A stretch of 64,000 nt of DNA from Candidatus Eiseniibacteriota bacterium. GTDB taxonomy: Bacteria > Eisenbacteria > RBG-16-71-46. The notes beneath the pieces are model-generated. The model was given only the letters and a program-made list of their open reading frames with translations, made no database searches and was not told the origin of the DNA. Within the stretch, counting starts at the first letter, position 1, and each line of letters begins with the position of its first letter. Both the position numbers and the translations under genes were made by a program. The stretch is from contig CAVSAC010000014.1 of assembly GCA_963725865.1 (NCBI GenBank), positions 384,001-448,000 on the forward strand, in the 5' to 3' direction. Shown piece after piece: positions 30,584-40,450 of this stretch.

Positions 30584-33364
30584 TCACCTCCCTGCGTGCG
30601 GGGTCACGTGCTCGCCCGTCATGGGCGACGTGCCGGACTCGTGCTCCACGTCCGCCAGCGCTTCCGCGAAGACCGCGACGATCTCCGGGTCGAACTGACG
30701 CCCTCCAAGCCGGCGCAACTCCTCGAGCGCCTGCTCTCGCGACAGAGCAGGCCGATGGGGCCGCCCCACCGTCATGCTCTCCCATGCATCCACCACCGCC
30801 AGGATCCGGCTGCCGACCGGGATCGCCTCGCCGGCGATGCCGCGCGGATAGCCGCTCCCATCCCACCACTCGTGGTGACTCAGGACGATGTCGCGCACGG
30901 CGCCCATGGTCTCGAGCGGGCGCAGCAGCTCGGCGCTCAGCTCGGGATGGCGTTCGAGCGCCTCGCGCCCGCTCGGCGACAGGGCGCCGGTGGCGCCGGT
31001 CACTTCGTCTCCGATGTTCGCCATGCCGACATCGTGGATGCTGGCGGCGAACGAGATCACGCCGGCCTCCGACTCGCCGAGCCCGTGACGGCGCGCCAGC
31101 GCGCGCGCGATGCGCACGCGATCGGGGGCGCGGTCGCGGCTGCGATCGAGGTGTCGCAGCACGTCGCGCAGCGCCTGCGTGGTGTCGGTCACGTGCCCCT
31201 GCGACTCCTCCATCACGAGCGCCTGCTCCCACGCCACGGTGACCCGGTCGGCGAGATGCAGGAGCAGGTGGCAGTCCTCGGCGTCGAACGGCTTCTGCGC
31301 GACCGGATCGGTGACGCTGAGCACGCCGAGCAGCCCGCGCTCGCCCTCGAGCGGCACGGACAGGAAGGTGCCGGTGCGGTAGTCCGAGCGGCCCGACGGC
31401 TGGACCTCGGCGCGCGACTCGTCGCCCGCGACGCACACCGGGCGACGGTGCTCCATCACCCAGCCGGCCACGCCCTGACCGCGATGGATGCGCGCATCGC
31501 GCACCACCTGCTCGTCGAGCCCGAGAGCCGCCTGGATGCGCAGGTCTCCACTCTCGTCGGGTGCGAGCAGCGAGACCACGCGCGCGTTCATGACTTCCGC
31601 CACCATCTCGATCGCCAGCCTCAGGACGTCTTCCGACCCCTCACGTGGACGCGGAGTCTCGCGTACGGTGACGCGCGGTCCGGTCCGCCTCGGCAACACC
31701 ACCGTGAAGCGCGAACCGCGGCCGGGCGTGCTCTCCGCGAAGACCCGACCTCCGTGCCACTCCACGATCGACTTACAGATCGCCAGACCGAGCCCGCTGC
31801 CTCCGAAGCGTCGCACGAGCGAGGAATCCACCTGGTAGAAGCGCTCGAAGACCTTCTCGAGCGCCTCCTCGGGGATTCCGATGCCCGTGTCCTCCACCTG
31901 GAGCGTCACGTCGCGGGTGTCACCCGTCAGGCGGAGGACCACGTTCCCGCCCTCGGGAGTGAACTTGACCGCGTTGCCGCCCAGATGGAGGACCAGTTGA
32001 CGGAGCTGGTCCCGGTCGGCGTCGATCCCGGTATCGGCCGCCAGCACCTCGGCCTTGAGAGTCACCTGGCCGGCCTGGGCCATGGGATCCAGCAGCCGCC
32101 GGCCCTCCTCGAGCAAGTCACCGAGGTCCACGCTCTGGCGGTTGAGTCGCATCTGCCCAGAATCGAAACGGTTCAGGTCGAGAACCGATTCGATCAGCCG
32201 GGACAGCCGCTGGCTCTCTTCGTCGATGATGCCGAGGAACCGCCGGACCTGGGCGGGCGGCAGCTCGTTGTCCCCCGCCGACAGCAGGGTCTCGACGTAG
32301 GCGCGGATCGCGGTGAGCGGGGTGCGCAGCTCGTGCGAGACGGTCGAGAGGAACGTGCCGCGCAACGCGTGCAGCTCGTGCATGCGCTTGCCCGAGCCCT
32401 CGAGATCGCGGGTGTGTTGTTCGAGCTCGCCGTAGAGGCGGGCGTTCTCGATCGCGACGACCGCGTGGTGCCCGAACATCTCGATCACCTCGACCGTCTC
32501 GCTGGAGGGCACCAGCCGGTCCACGGGATCGTCGAGCGAGAAGTACGCGACCAGCTGCCCCGCGCGATCGAACAGCGGCACCAGCAGCACGTCGTCCGGG
32601 TGCCACTCCCAATCCTCCCGCGGGCCCAGGTCGCTGGTGACCCCGGCGGGCAGCTCGGCGTTGAACGGACTGGAGTGGCTTATGAAGTAGGAGCGCCCGA
32701 CCTTGAATTCGTCCTTGAGCCACGAGAGGAACCGCTCGACGCCGATCTCCTCCGCGTCGAGCTTCGTGCGAGCCTCGGCATCGAGCCCGGCGAACGCGCG
32801 CGCGCGCAGGCGTTCGGTGCCCGGCTCGCGCACGCGCAGCAGCGCGATGCGGAATCCGAGCGAGGACTGCAGCGTGTCGACCAGCCGCGTGAACAGCCGG
32901 TCCTGGTCCAGCTCGGAGTTGATCTGGACGATATGCTGCAGCACCTCGTGGAGCTTCTGCGCGCGCTTGCGGTTCTCCTCGACCTGATTGAAGTAGAGGC
33001 GCGCGAGTCGCTGCCGCGTCTCGGTGAGGTCGTGCACCTGCTGGCGGAGCGCGTCCACCTCGGCGGGGCTGCCGTCCTCGGGGCCGCTCGCCAACGCGGC
33101 CGCCAGGTCGGCGGCGGCCTCGGCCACCGCGTCGTCGTGCGCGGCCGTCGCGGCGTCCTCGCGGGCGCTCACCGCCGCCTCGCGCGCCGTGACCGCGGCC
33201 GACCGGACCTCGGCCGCGCGGCCCACGGTCGGCGAATCGGGGGCGAGACCGTGCGCCTTCTTCAGCTTGCCCAGCTCGCGCCGGGTGCGATCCAGCTCCG
33301 AGCGCAGCCGGAGCTCCTCGGCCGACGGTCCGGTCCCGTGTCCCTTGCGGTTGGTGTTGCTCAT
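30584..33364 (-). CDS. Coiled coil-GAF-HisKA-HATPase-GAF-HD-GYP fusion protein
   Basis: SHELRTPL, NAVKFT, DTGIGI, GSGLGL, then IHDVGM, HHEWWDGSGYPRG. Confidence 0.9.
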   Translation of the reverse strand: MSNTNRKGHGTGPSAEELRLRSELDRTRRELGKLKKAHGLAPDSPTVGRAAEVRSAAVTAREAAVSAREDAATAAHDDAVAEAAADLAAALASGPEDGSPAEVDALRQQVHDLTETRQRLARLYFNQVEENRKRAQKLHEVLQHIVQINSELDQDRLFTRLVDTLQSSLGFRIALLRVREPGTERLRARAFAGLDAEARTKLDAEEIGVERFLSWLKDEFKVGRSYFISHSSPFNAELPAGVTSDLGPREDWEWHPDDVLLVPLFDRAGQLVAYFSLDDPVDRLVPSSETVEVIEMFGHHAVVAIENARLYGELEQHTRDLEGSGKRMHELHALRGTFLSTVSHELRTPLTAIRAYVETLLSAGDNELPPAQVRRFLGIIDEESQRLSRLIESVLDLNRFDSGQMRLNRQSVDLGDLLEEGRRLLDPMAQAGQVTLKAEVLAADTGIDADRDQLRQLVLHLGGNAVKFTPEGGNVVLRLTGDTRDVTLQVEDTGIGIPEEALEKVFERFYQVDSSLVRRFGGSGLGLAICKSIVEWHGGRVFAESTPGRGSRFTVVLPRRTGPRVTVRETPRPREGSEDVLRLAIEMVAEVMNARVVSLLAPDESGDLRIQAALGLDEQVVRDARIHRGQGVAGWVMEHRRPVCVAGDESRAEVQPSGRSDYRTGTFLSVPLEGERGLLGVLSVTDPVAQKPFDAEDCHLLLHLADRVTVAWEQALVMEESQGHVTDTTQALRDVLRHLDRSRDRAPDRVRIARALARRHGLGESEAGVISFAASIHDVGMANIGDEVTGATGALSPSGREALERHPELSAELLRPLETMGAVRDIVLSHHEWWDGSGYPRGIAGEAIPVGSRILAVVDAWESMTVGRPHRPALSREQALEELRRLGGRQFDPEIVAVFAEALADVEHESGTSPMTGEHVTPHAGR

Positions 33365-35673
33365 GCGACGTCCTCGCGCTCCAGCACGCGCAGGAACGCC
33401 GCCACCACCTCGGGGTCGAACTGGCTGCCGGCCGAGCGGTCCATCTCGGCGCGCGCGGGCTCGCGCTGCAGCGACGGCCGCCACGGGCGGCCGCGCGTCA
33501 TGCTCTCCCAGGCATCCACGACCGCGAGCACGCGCGCGCCCATCGGGATCTCGGCGCCCGCCAGGCCGCGCGGGTAGCCGGACCCGTCCCAGCGCTCGTG
33601 GTGTCCAAGGATGATCTCGCGCACCGAGCCGAGGTACTCAAGCGGGCGCAGGATCTCCACGCTCACCTCGGGGTGGTGGAGCACCGCCTCGCGGTCCGCC
33701 TCGTCCAGCGGCGCGCTGCTGCGCACCGCCGCCGGTAGCCGCGTCATGCCGACGTCGTGGATGCTCATCGCGTAGCCCACCACGTCGATGTCGGCCGGGC
33801 CGAGTCCCAGCTCGCGCGCCAGCTCGCGCGCCATCCGCACGGCGTGGTGGCCGCCCAGCATGTGCTCGCGGCGCAGCCGGGTCACCGAGCGCACCATCTC
33901 GAGCGCCTCCTCGACCACGCGCCCCGACCCGGGGTGGGCGCAGGCGCGCTCGAGCGCGCTGCCGATGCGATCCACCAGCGCGGTGAGGACCCCGAGATCG
34001 GCGTCGTCGAACGAGGCGCCGTCGCGCTTGTTGTTCACGTTGATCACGCCCAGCACCTCGTTGTCCACGCGCATGGGGACGCACAGCAGCGACTTGGTGT
34101 GGTACTGGGGATGGTTGAGCCGGCGGAAGCGCCGGTCGGTCTCGATGTTGTCGACCAGCAGCGGGCGGCCCCACGCGGCGACGGCGCCCGCCACGCCGGA
34201 GCGGACCGGCGTGCGGCGGCCCTTCAACTGCGCGGTGTCCAGTCCCCGCGCCGCCGCGACGAACAGATCGCCGCGCTCGGGGTCCACCAGCATGAGCGAG
34301 GAGATCTCGGCGTCCATCGCGACCGAGACCATCTCCACGGTGTGATCGAGCAGCGCGCGCAGGTCCTTGCGCGCCAGCACCAGCCGCGCGACGCGGCGCG
34401 CCTGGGCCGAGGCGAGCTGCCGCAGCGGCAGCGAGAACTGGAAGCGGGCGCCCCGCGGCGTGCGGTTCTCGACCCCGATCGTGCCGCCGTGCAGCTCCAC
34501 GATGCCGCGCGCGATCGGCAGGCCGAGCCCGGTCCCCTCGGGCGACTCGCCCTCGCTCGCCGCGCGGGCGCGGTAGAAGCGCTCGAACACGTGCGGGATG
34601 TCGTCGGGCGCGATCCCGGGGCCCCCGTCCTCGACCGCGCCGATCCAGACGTCGCCCTGGGACTGCGCGACCAGCCGCACCGGGGAACCGTACGGCGCGT
34701 GCTTGATCGCGTTGGTGAGCAGATTGATGAGCAGGCGGCGCAGCAGATCGGGATCGGCCTCGGGCTGCAGGTCACCCTCCACCTCGACCTCGAACGTCGC
34801 GTGGCGAGCCTTGGCCACCGGCTGGAGGCCCTCGATGGTCTCGTTCACGAGCTCCGCGAGCGAGAAGCGCGCGAGCCGCAGCGGGCGCTGCCCGGCCTCG
34901 AGTCGCGAAAGATCGAGGATGTCGGTCACGAGCCGCCCGAGGCGGTCGCACTCATCGTTGATGATGCCGAGGAAGCGCTGTCGCGGCGCTTGCGCGTTGT
35001 GCAGGTTGTCGAGCATCGCCTCGGTGTACGCCTTGATCGCGGTCAGCGGCGTGCGGATCTCGTGCGCGACCACCGACATCAGGCTCGAGGAGGTCTCCTC
35101 GCTGCCCGCGAGGCGGTGCTGCAGCTCCGCGGCACGCCGGCGCTCGTCCTCGATCTGGCGCTCGAGCTCGCCGCGCGCGAGCGCCAGCGCGAGCCCGTCG
35201 CCGATCATCTGCAGCATCAGGCGCTCGTCGGGGATCAGCCGTCGCGGGGCCTCGAAATCCACCAGCAGGAACCCGTGGATCGTGCCGCCCAGCGCGAGCG
35301 GCACCGCGGCGATCGCTGCCGGGGGGGACCCCCACAGGCCGTTCTCGCGCGGCTGCGCGGGATCCTCGCCCTCGTCGAACACCGCGCGGCCCTCGCGCAG
35401 CACCCGCTCGAGCGGGCCACCGGGCTCCGCCAGCCAGGGCATCGTCACGCCCGCGGCGTCGGTCGCGCGCATCGAGCCGCTGCGCGGGTCGAGCCTCACG
35501 ACGCGATGATCCGACGCGTCGAGCGCGCGGACGACACAGCTGCCGGCGATCGCGCACGCGGTCTCGAGGTCGGCGGTCGAGCGCAGCGCCAGCAGCGCCT
35601 CGGCGAGCGGCGCGAGCACGGGCGAGCCGGGGCCCGGAGAGCCGTTCATCGGACGCAACAGATCGGTCGCCAT
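33361..35673 (-). CDS. GAF-HisKA-HATPase-GAF-HD-GYP fusion protein (paralogue of the adjacent gene)
   Basis: AHEIRTPL, NAIKHA, DGGPGI, GTGLGL, then IHDVGM, HHERWDGSGYPRG. Confidence 0.9.
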   Translation of the reverse strand: MATDLLRPMNGSPGPGSPVLAPLAEALLALRSTADLETACAIAGSCVVRALDASDHRVVRLDPRSGSMRATDAAGVTMPWLAEPGGPLERVLREGRAVFDEGEDPAQPRENGLWGSPPAAIAAVPLALGGTIHGFLLVDFEAPRRLIPDERLMLQMIGDGLALALARGELERQIEDERRRAAELQHRLAGSEETSSSLMSVVAHEIRTPLTAIKAYTEAMLDNLHNAQAPRQRFLGIINDECDRLGRLVTDILDLSRLEAGQRPLRLARFSLAELVNETIEGLQPVAKARHATFEVEVEGDLQPEADPDLLRRLLINLLTNAIKHAPYGSPVRLVAQSQGDVWIGAVEDGGPGIAPDDIPHVFERFYRARAASEGESPEGTGLGLPIARGIVELHGGTIGVENRTPRGARFQFSLPLRQLASAQARRVARLVLARKDLRALLDHTVEMVSVAMDAEISSLMLVDPERGDLFVAAARGLDTAQLKGRRTPVRSGVAGAVAAWGRPLLVDNIETDRRFRRLNHPQYHTKSLLCVPMRVDNEVLGVINVNNKRDGASFDDADLGVLTALVDRIGSALERACAHPGSGRVVEEALEMVRSVTRLRREHMLGGHHAVRMARELARELGLGPADIDVVGYAMSIHDVGMTRLPAAVRSSAPLDEADREAVLHHPEVSVEILRPLEYLGSVREIILGHHERWDGSGYPRGLAGAEIPMGARVLAVVDAWESMTRGRPWRPSLQREPARAEMDRSAGSQFDPEVVAAFLRVLEREDVA

Positions 35674-35686
35674 CGCTCGCTCCGCG

Positions 35687-36679
35687 TCAGGCCACGTCGC
35701 GTTCGCTGCCCGGCGCCGTGTCGCTGCGGCGCCGTTCGCCGACCAGCACGCTGCCGGGGATGCCCTTGCCGTGCTCCTTCAGCTCCTGGGCCACGTCGAT
35801 GAGCTGCGCGAGGTGCGTGACCGGCATCCGATCGGTGCTCACCATCGCAATCGTCACGCTCATGAGCGGGAATCGCTCCGGCACGTGGAGGCGATTGCGC
35901 ACCTCGATGTGCCCGCGGGCCACGTCCGCCTCGTCGTAGAGGGCCGGCACCGCCTCGGTGAACTGGGCGATGATCTCGTGGCCGATCGGCTCGGCGTGCT
36001 CCGGAGACGTCAGCAGCACGAAGTCGTCGCCGCCGATGTGCCCCACGAATCCGCCCGCGCCGCCGAGCCGCGCGGAGACCTCGACCAGGATCGCCGCGAG
36101 GCGCTGAATGGCCTCGTCTCCGCGCGCGTAGCCGTAGTGGTCGTTGAACGCCTTGAAGAAGTCGATGTCGACCTGGAGCATCGCGAACGGCAGCCCGCTC
36201 GCGAGGCGGAGCTGGATCTCGTCGTGGATCGAGATGTTGCCCGGCAGCCCGGTGAGCGGGCTCATCGCGCGCTGCTGGCGGCTCCACTCCAGCATGTTGC
36301 GGATGCGCAGCAGCAGCTCGCGGTGCTCCCACGGCTTGGTCACGTAGTCGTTGGCGCCATCCGCGAGCCCCGAGACCTTGTCGGCGACCTCGGACTTCGC
36401 GGTGAGCATGATGATCGGGAGCGTGCGGGTCTCGAACGCGGCGCGCAGCCGGCGACACACCTCGTAGCCGTCGAGCCGGGGCATCATCACGTCGAGCAGC
36501 ATCAGATCGGGGCGGTACGACAGCGCGTACTCGAGGGCCTGCTGTCCGTCGCGGGCTTCGATCACGTCGAAGCCGGCGCCCTCCAGCTGGAAGCGAAGCA
36601 CCTCTCGGAGGTGGGGCTCATCCTCGGCGATGAGGATCCGGGTCGTGTTCACGCCGTCGTGGCTCCTGTGGAGTCGCAT
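35687..36679 (-). CDS. REC-GGDEF diguanylate cyclase response regulator
   Basis: ILIAEDE, LDVMMP, PLTGLPGN, DIDFFKAFNDHYGY, HIGGDDF. The start may instead be the GTG at 36652. Confidence 0.9.
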   Translation of the reverse strand: MRLHRSHDGVNTTRILIAEDEPHLREVLRFQLEGAGFDVIEARDGQQALEYALSYRPDLMLLDVMMPRLDGYEVCRRLRAAFETRTLPIIMLTAKSEVADKVSGLADGANDYVTKPWEHRELLLRIRNMLEWSRQQRAMSPLTGLPGNISIHDEIQLRLASGLPFAMLQVDIDFFKAFNDHYGYARGDEAIQRLAAILVEVSARLGGAGGFVGHIGGDDFVLLTSPEHAEPIGHEIIAQFTEAVPALYDEADVARGHIEVRNRLHVPERFPLMSVTIAMVSTDRMPVTHLAQLIDVAQELKEHGKGIPGSVLVGERRRSDTAPGSERDVA

Positions 36680-36867
36680 CGTTGAGTTCGGAACACAGAT
36701 CAGCCGTGGACACCTCGGAGGCCGCGACCCGCTGGACTCCGACCGCCCGAGCGTCGCGAGGACGCGCGAGCACCACGCGACGGGCCGTGGAGGGAGCACG
36801 CCGCGTGTCCGGCCGGGATCCGGGGCGGGAAGTGACTGCCCCGTGTACCCCTAGGCTTTCCCCTGAC

Positions 36868-36895
36868 TTATCGGCGCAGGGCGGGGGTTACTTGA
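36868..36895 (-). promoter_or_regulatory. sigma28-like promoter TCAAG-N15-GCCGATAA
   Basis: Perfect FliA/SigD-type -10 (GCCGATAA). The same motif and spacing recur at 52535 and 60136. Confidence 0.6.
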
Positions 36896-37084
36896 CCGTC
36901 GTCTGGGGCGCGAGCCAATGGGGAAGGCGGAGTCCGGCCCGACTGGACCGGGCCGCAGGCACGGCCACGGACCTCGCGAGTCGCGTGCATCTGAACACCT
37001 GCCGGCCCGCACTGGGCGGGCATCAGCGCCCTGCGGAGGGCGCCGGCGGCGCGTGGCGAGCGGTGGTCCCGGGCCCGGACCGCG

Positions 37085-38125
37085 TCAATCGCCGCGCATC
37101 GCGAGGCCCGACTCCTCGAGGGCCGCGACCGCGTCCAGCTCGGGCTCGGCCACATCGCCGCGCTCGAGCATCCAGGCGCCGAGCTGGGCGATCATCGCCG
37201 CGTTGTCCGCGCACAGCCGCAGGGACGGCACGCGCAGCACCACGCCGGCGCGACCGCAGGTCTCGGCCAGGCGCGAGCGCAGCGCGCGGTTCGCGGCGAC
37301 ACCGCCGCCGAGGTTGAGCGCGCGCGCGCCGACCGCCGCCACCGCGCCCATGGTGCGCGCGACGAGCGTGTCGACCACCGCGGCCTGGAACGAGGCCGCC
37401 ACGTCGGCGACCAGCGCGGCGGGCCAGGGACCGGGCCCCCGCGCCGCGAGCGCCTGCACGACGGCGGTCTTGAGCCCCGAGAACGAGAAGTCGAATCCCG
37501 GCCGGTCGAGCATCGGACGCGGGAACGCGAACGCGGTCGGATCGCCGGACGTGCTGAGGCGATCGAGCACGGGGCCGCCGGGGAAGCCGAGGCCGAGCAG
37601 CTTGGCGACCTTGTCGTACGCCTCGCCCGCCGCATCATCGCGGGTGCTCCCCATCCAGCGGTACTCGCCGACGCCCCGGACTTCGACCAACTCGGTGTGC
37701 CCGCCCGAGACCACCAGCGCGACCGCGGGATACGGCGAGGGCCCGTGCTCCAGCGTGCCCGCATGCAGGTGCGCCTCGATGTGGTTGACCCCCACCACCG
37801 GGATGCCGAGGGCCAGGCCATAGGCCTTCGCGAACGCCACCCCGACCACCAGCGAGCCGATCAGGCCCGGCGCCCGGGTGACCGCGATCGCGGTGAGCGC
37901 GCGCGGCTCCACCTCGGCCTCCGCGAGCGCCTCGCGCACCAGCCGCGGGAGGTGCTCGAGGTGCGCGCGCGAGGCGAGCTCGGGCACCACGCCGCCGTAG
38001 AGCCGATGCACGTCCTGCGCGGCGATCAGGTGGGCGCGCAGCCGGGTGCCGCGTTCGAGCACCGCGACGCTGGTGTCGTCACAGGAGCTCTCGATGCCGA
38101 GCACCAGATCGGTGGCGTGGCTCAT
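37085..38125 (-). CDS. tsaD: tRNA N6-adenosine threonylcarbamoyltransferase
   Basis: GIESSCDDT, GGVVPELASRAH, NHIEAH, SGGHT, DDAAGEAYDK, DNAAMI. Confidence 0.96.
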   Translation of the reverse strand: MSHATDLVLGIESSCDDTSVAVLERGTRLRAHLIAAQDVHRLYGGVVPELASRAHLEHLPRLVREALAEAEVEPRALTAIAVTRAPGLIGSLVVGVAFAKAYGLALGIPVVGVNHIEAHLHAGTLEHGPSPYPAVALVVSGGHTELVEVRGVGEYRWMGSTRDDAAGEAYDKVAKLLGLGFPGGPVLDRLSTSGDPTAFAFPRPMLDRPGFDFSFSGLKTAVVQALAARGPGPWPAALVADVAASFQAAVVDTLVARTMGAVAAVGARALNLGGGVAANRALRSRLAETCGRAGVVLRVPSLRLCADNAAMIAQLGAWMLERGDVAEPELDAVAALEESGLAMRGD

Positions 38126-38222
38126 GGCGGACCAGCGGACTCCTTCCCATGGCCGCCCGCGAGGGCGCGGGCCGCGATCGACCGCGGCCGGCGCGGAACG
38201 CTTCGCGGAGCGGAGTCGGGCC

Positions 38223-38564
38223 TCAGCGCGACGGCGGGCCCGGCTCGGGTTCCAGCGCCGACTCGAGCCAGGCCAGGTACTTCGGCGCACCGGCCGCGAT
38301 GCGGACGGCGACGCATTCCGGAACGTCGTACGGATGCAGCTCGTGAAGGCGCGACATCAGCGCCGTCCAGTCCTGCTTGCGCGTCTTCAGCAGCACGGTG
38401 ACCTCGCGTGCGTCCGCGATGCTGCCCTCCCAGCGATAGAGCGACCGCGCGCCCGGCAGCAGCGTGCCGCACGCGGCGAGCCGCTCCTCGACCAGCACGC
38501 GCACGACGCGCGCGGCGTCGTCCTCGGTGGCGAACGTGGTGAACACCATCAGCATCTCGGTCAT
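38223..38564 (-). CDS. cutA: Divalent-cation tolerance protein CutA
   Basis: RLAAC, SLYRWEG, HPYDVPE, YLAWL. Confidence 0.92.
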   Translation of the reverse strand: MTEMLMVFTTFATEDDAARVVRVLVEERLAACGTLLPGARSLYRWEGSIADAREVTVLLKTRKQDWTALMSRLHELHPYDVPECVAVRIAAGAPKYLAWLESALEPEPGPPSR

Positions 38565-38679
38565 CGCGCTCCTCCGGCGGGACGGGCGGCCAGTCTAGCA
38601 TCGCGCGCCCGCGGGGCGGTCGCCCGTGGCCGCCGCGCGCGCGCGGCCTCGCGATGCGGCGCTCGCGGGCACGCGGCGT

Positions 38680-39507
38680 TCAACGCACCCCCACGACCAC
38701 CGCCAGCCAGCCCGCCTGCTGCTCGAAGCGCGTGCGCCGCCGATAGACCTGGTCGGGCTCGTCGCGCTGCTCGTTCCAGCCCTCGACGTACACCTGCACG
38801 TCGGCGAATCCGGCCTCGCGCATGGCATCGCGGACCTCGGGCAGCGTCCACATCCGCCAGTCGTAGGTGTAGGCGCGCTCGATCGAGCGGCCGTCGCGCA
38901 GGCGGAAGTGGATGTGGCAGAGCAGCCGGTGGTCGATCGGGTTGAACGCGACCTGGTCCCACACGTACGTGAATGGCGGCACCCGCTCGCCGTCCGGCCC
39001 CTGCGAGCCGGCGATACGGCGCGTCTCGACCAGCGGGCCCATGGCGTCGCTGCCGCCGAACGCGTTCGCGAACATCAGCCCGCCCGGGGCCAGCGTACGC
39101 CGCGCGGCGCGCAGGTAGTCGATCAGCGCGGCGCGCTCGTGGAACACCCACCACGAGAAGTTCATCGCGCAGATCACGTCCACCCGGGGCACCCGCGCGT
39201 GTCGCACGTCGGCGCGCACCAGCGTGACGCGGCGGCCCGCCTCGCGCATGCGCGCGAGATGGTGCGCGCGCGACCACGCCAGCGTCTCCGCGTCGAGGTC
39301 CACCCCCCACGCGCGGTGCGAGCGGTCGCGCAGGGCCCACGCGCAGGCCAGCGCGGCGGTGCCGCAGAAGTCCTCGCGGAAGCGCGTGAACGCGCGGCCG
39401 CGCAGGCGGCGGTAGACGCGCGCGAAGAAGTCGAGGTCGTACTCCACGCCCTGGACGGCGGCCTCGTAGAGCACGTGGCGGTCGGGCAGCGGAACGTGCT
39501 TCGGCAT
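38680..39507 (-). CDS. Class I SAM-dependent methyltransferase-like protein
   Basis: LYEAAVQ, REDFCGTA, GVDLD, AMNFS, LAPGG, YDWRMWTLPE. Confidence 0.8.
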   Translation of the reverse strand: MPKHVPLPDRHVLYEAAVQGVEYDLDFFARVYRRLRGRAFTRFREDFCGTAALACAWALRDRSHRAWGVDLDAETLAWSRAHHLARMREAGRRVTLVRADVRHARVPRVDVICAMNFSWWVFHERAALIDYLRAARRTLAPGGLMFANAFGGSDAMGPLVETRRIAGSQGPDGERVPPFTYVWDQVAFNPIDHRLLCHIHFRLRDGRSIERAYTYDWRMWTLPEVRDAMREAGFADVQVYVEGWNEQRDEPDQVYRRRTRFEQQAGWLAVVVGVR

Positions 39508-39671
39508 GGGGTGGTGACTCCGGGTGGGGCGCGAGGGTCGAGCGCGCACCGTACACCGCCGCCCGGGACCGGAAAAGTACACGCCGCGGGTCGTGAGCCC
39601 GCGGCGTGTCCCCGTGGTCGGATGAGTACTGCGTGGCGCGGCGCCCACGCGGGGCGCCGCACGCGGAGGCC

Positions 39672-39911
39672 TTACTTGCCGGCCGCGGGCTTCTGCTCCT
39701 CCATTTTGGCGTCACCGGTCTTCTTGGCGCGCTTGGCGTGCTTCTTCGTGGTCTTGTGCTTCGCATCCGACTTGACCGGCGCCGACTGGGCCGGGGCGGA
39801 CGACGGTGACGCCGGCGCCGGCGCCGGCGTGCCCTGCGCGTAAGCGAAGAGCGGCAGCGCGAACGCCATCACGACGGCGACGAGGACGGCGAGCGACAGA
39901 CGGGACTTCAT
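39672..39911 (-). CDS. Small secreted Lys/Ala/Pro-rich protein (79 aa)
   Basis: AGGAGG RBS, signal peptide MKSRLSLAVL...AYA, basic tail KHKTTKKHAKRAKK. Confidence 0.75.
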   Translation of the reverse strand: MKSRLSLAVLVAVVMAFALPLFAYAQGTPAPAPASPSSAPAQSAPVKSDAKHKTTKKHAKRAKKTGDAKMEEQKPAAGK

Positions 39912-40006
39912 GGTGATCCTCCTGGTGTCCCGAGGGCAGTGGTGGTCGGAGCCGTCCTGCCCTCCGCGACGGGCGGCTCCCGGTGAACAGCGGTGCTGCG
40001 GATCGA

Positions 40007-40450
40007 TTACTTCTGCTTCGCGATCACGTACGGCGCGAGCTTGGCGTACATCGCCCGGTTCACGATCCCCTTGGTCAGCAGCTCGTTCTTCGCCTTGAAC
40101 GGACGGCCGGCGATGATCTTGCTCACCGTCGCCTCGCCGATGCCGGGGATCTTCATGAGCTCGTCCTTGGTGGCGGTGTTGAGGTCCACCTTCATCGACT
40201 GAGTGACCGCGCTCGGCGGCGTGGTGGTCTTGCCCGGCGTGGCTGCCTTCGTCGCGGGTGTGGCGGCCGCGACCTTGGCCGCCGGCGCGGCGGGGGCCGC
40301 AGCCATCGGCTTCGCCGCGGGAGTCGCGGCGGCGGCGGCGGCCGGCTTGGCGGCTGCCTTGCTCGGCGCGGTGACGGTCGAAGCGAACACCGGACTCGCG
40401 GCGACGACCAGCGCCAGCGCGAGCGCAGTGAGGGACGTGGAACGCTTCAT
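40007..40450 (-). CDS. Secreted ComEA-like helix-hairpin-helix protein
   Basis: GGAGGT RBS, signal peptide, Ala/Pro/Lys linker, VDLNTATKDELMKIPGIGE...IIAGRPF. Confidence 0.85.
   Translation of the reverse strand: MKRSTSLTALALALVVAASPVFASTVTAPSKAAAKPAAAAAATPAAKPMAAAPAAPAAKVAAATPATKAATPGKTTTPPSAVTQSMKVDLNTATKDELMKIPGIGEATVSKIIAGRPFKAKNELLTKGIVNRAMYAKLAPYVIAKQK

Noticed and set aside
27989..33577. 1862-aa plus-strand ORF, and other long ORFs such as 147..1772, 12116..14215, 24533..26491, 33757..35802 and 47958..50477
   Set aside because: They are antisense or alternate-frame shadows of well-supported genes. Stop-poor frames are expected at this GC, and they carry no motifs.
36680..37084. Possible c-di-GMP riboswitch or 6S-like ncRNA upstream of the GGDEF gene
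   Set aside because: I recognised no GEMM-type consensus, and GC-rich hairpins are non-specific. An Rfam scan would be needed.
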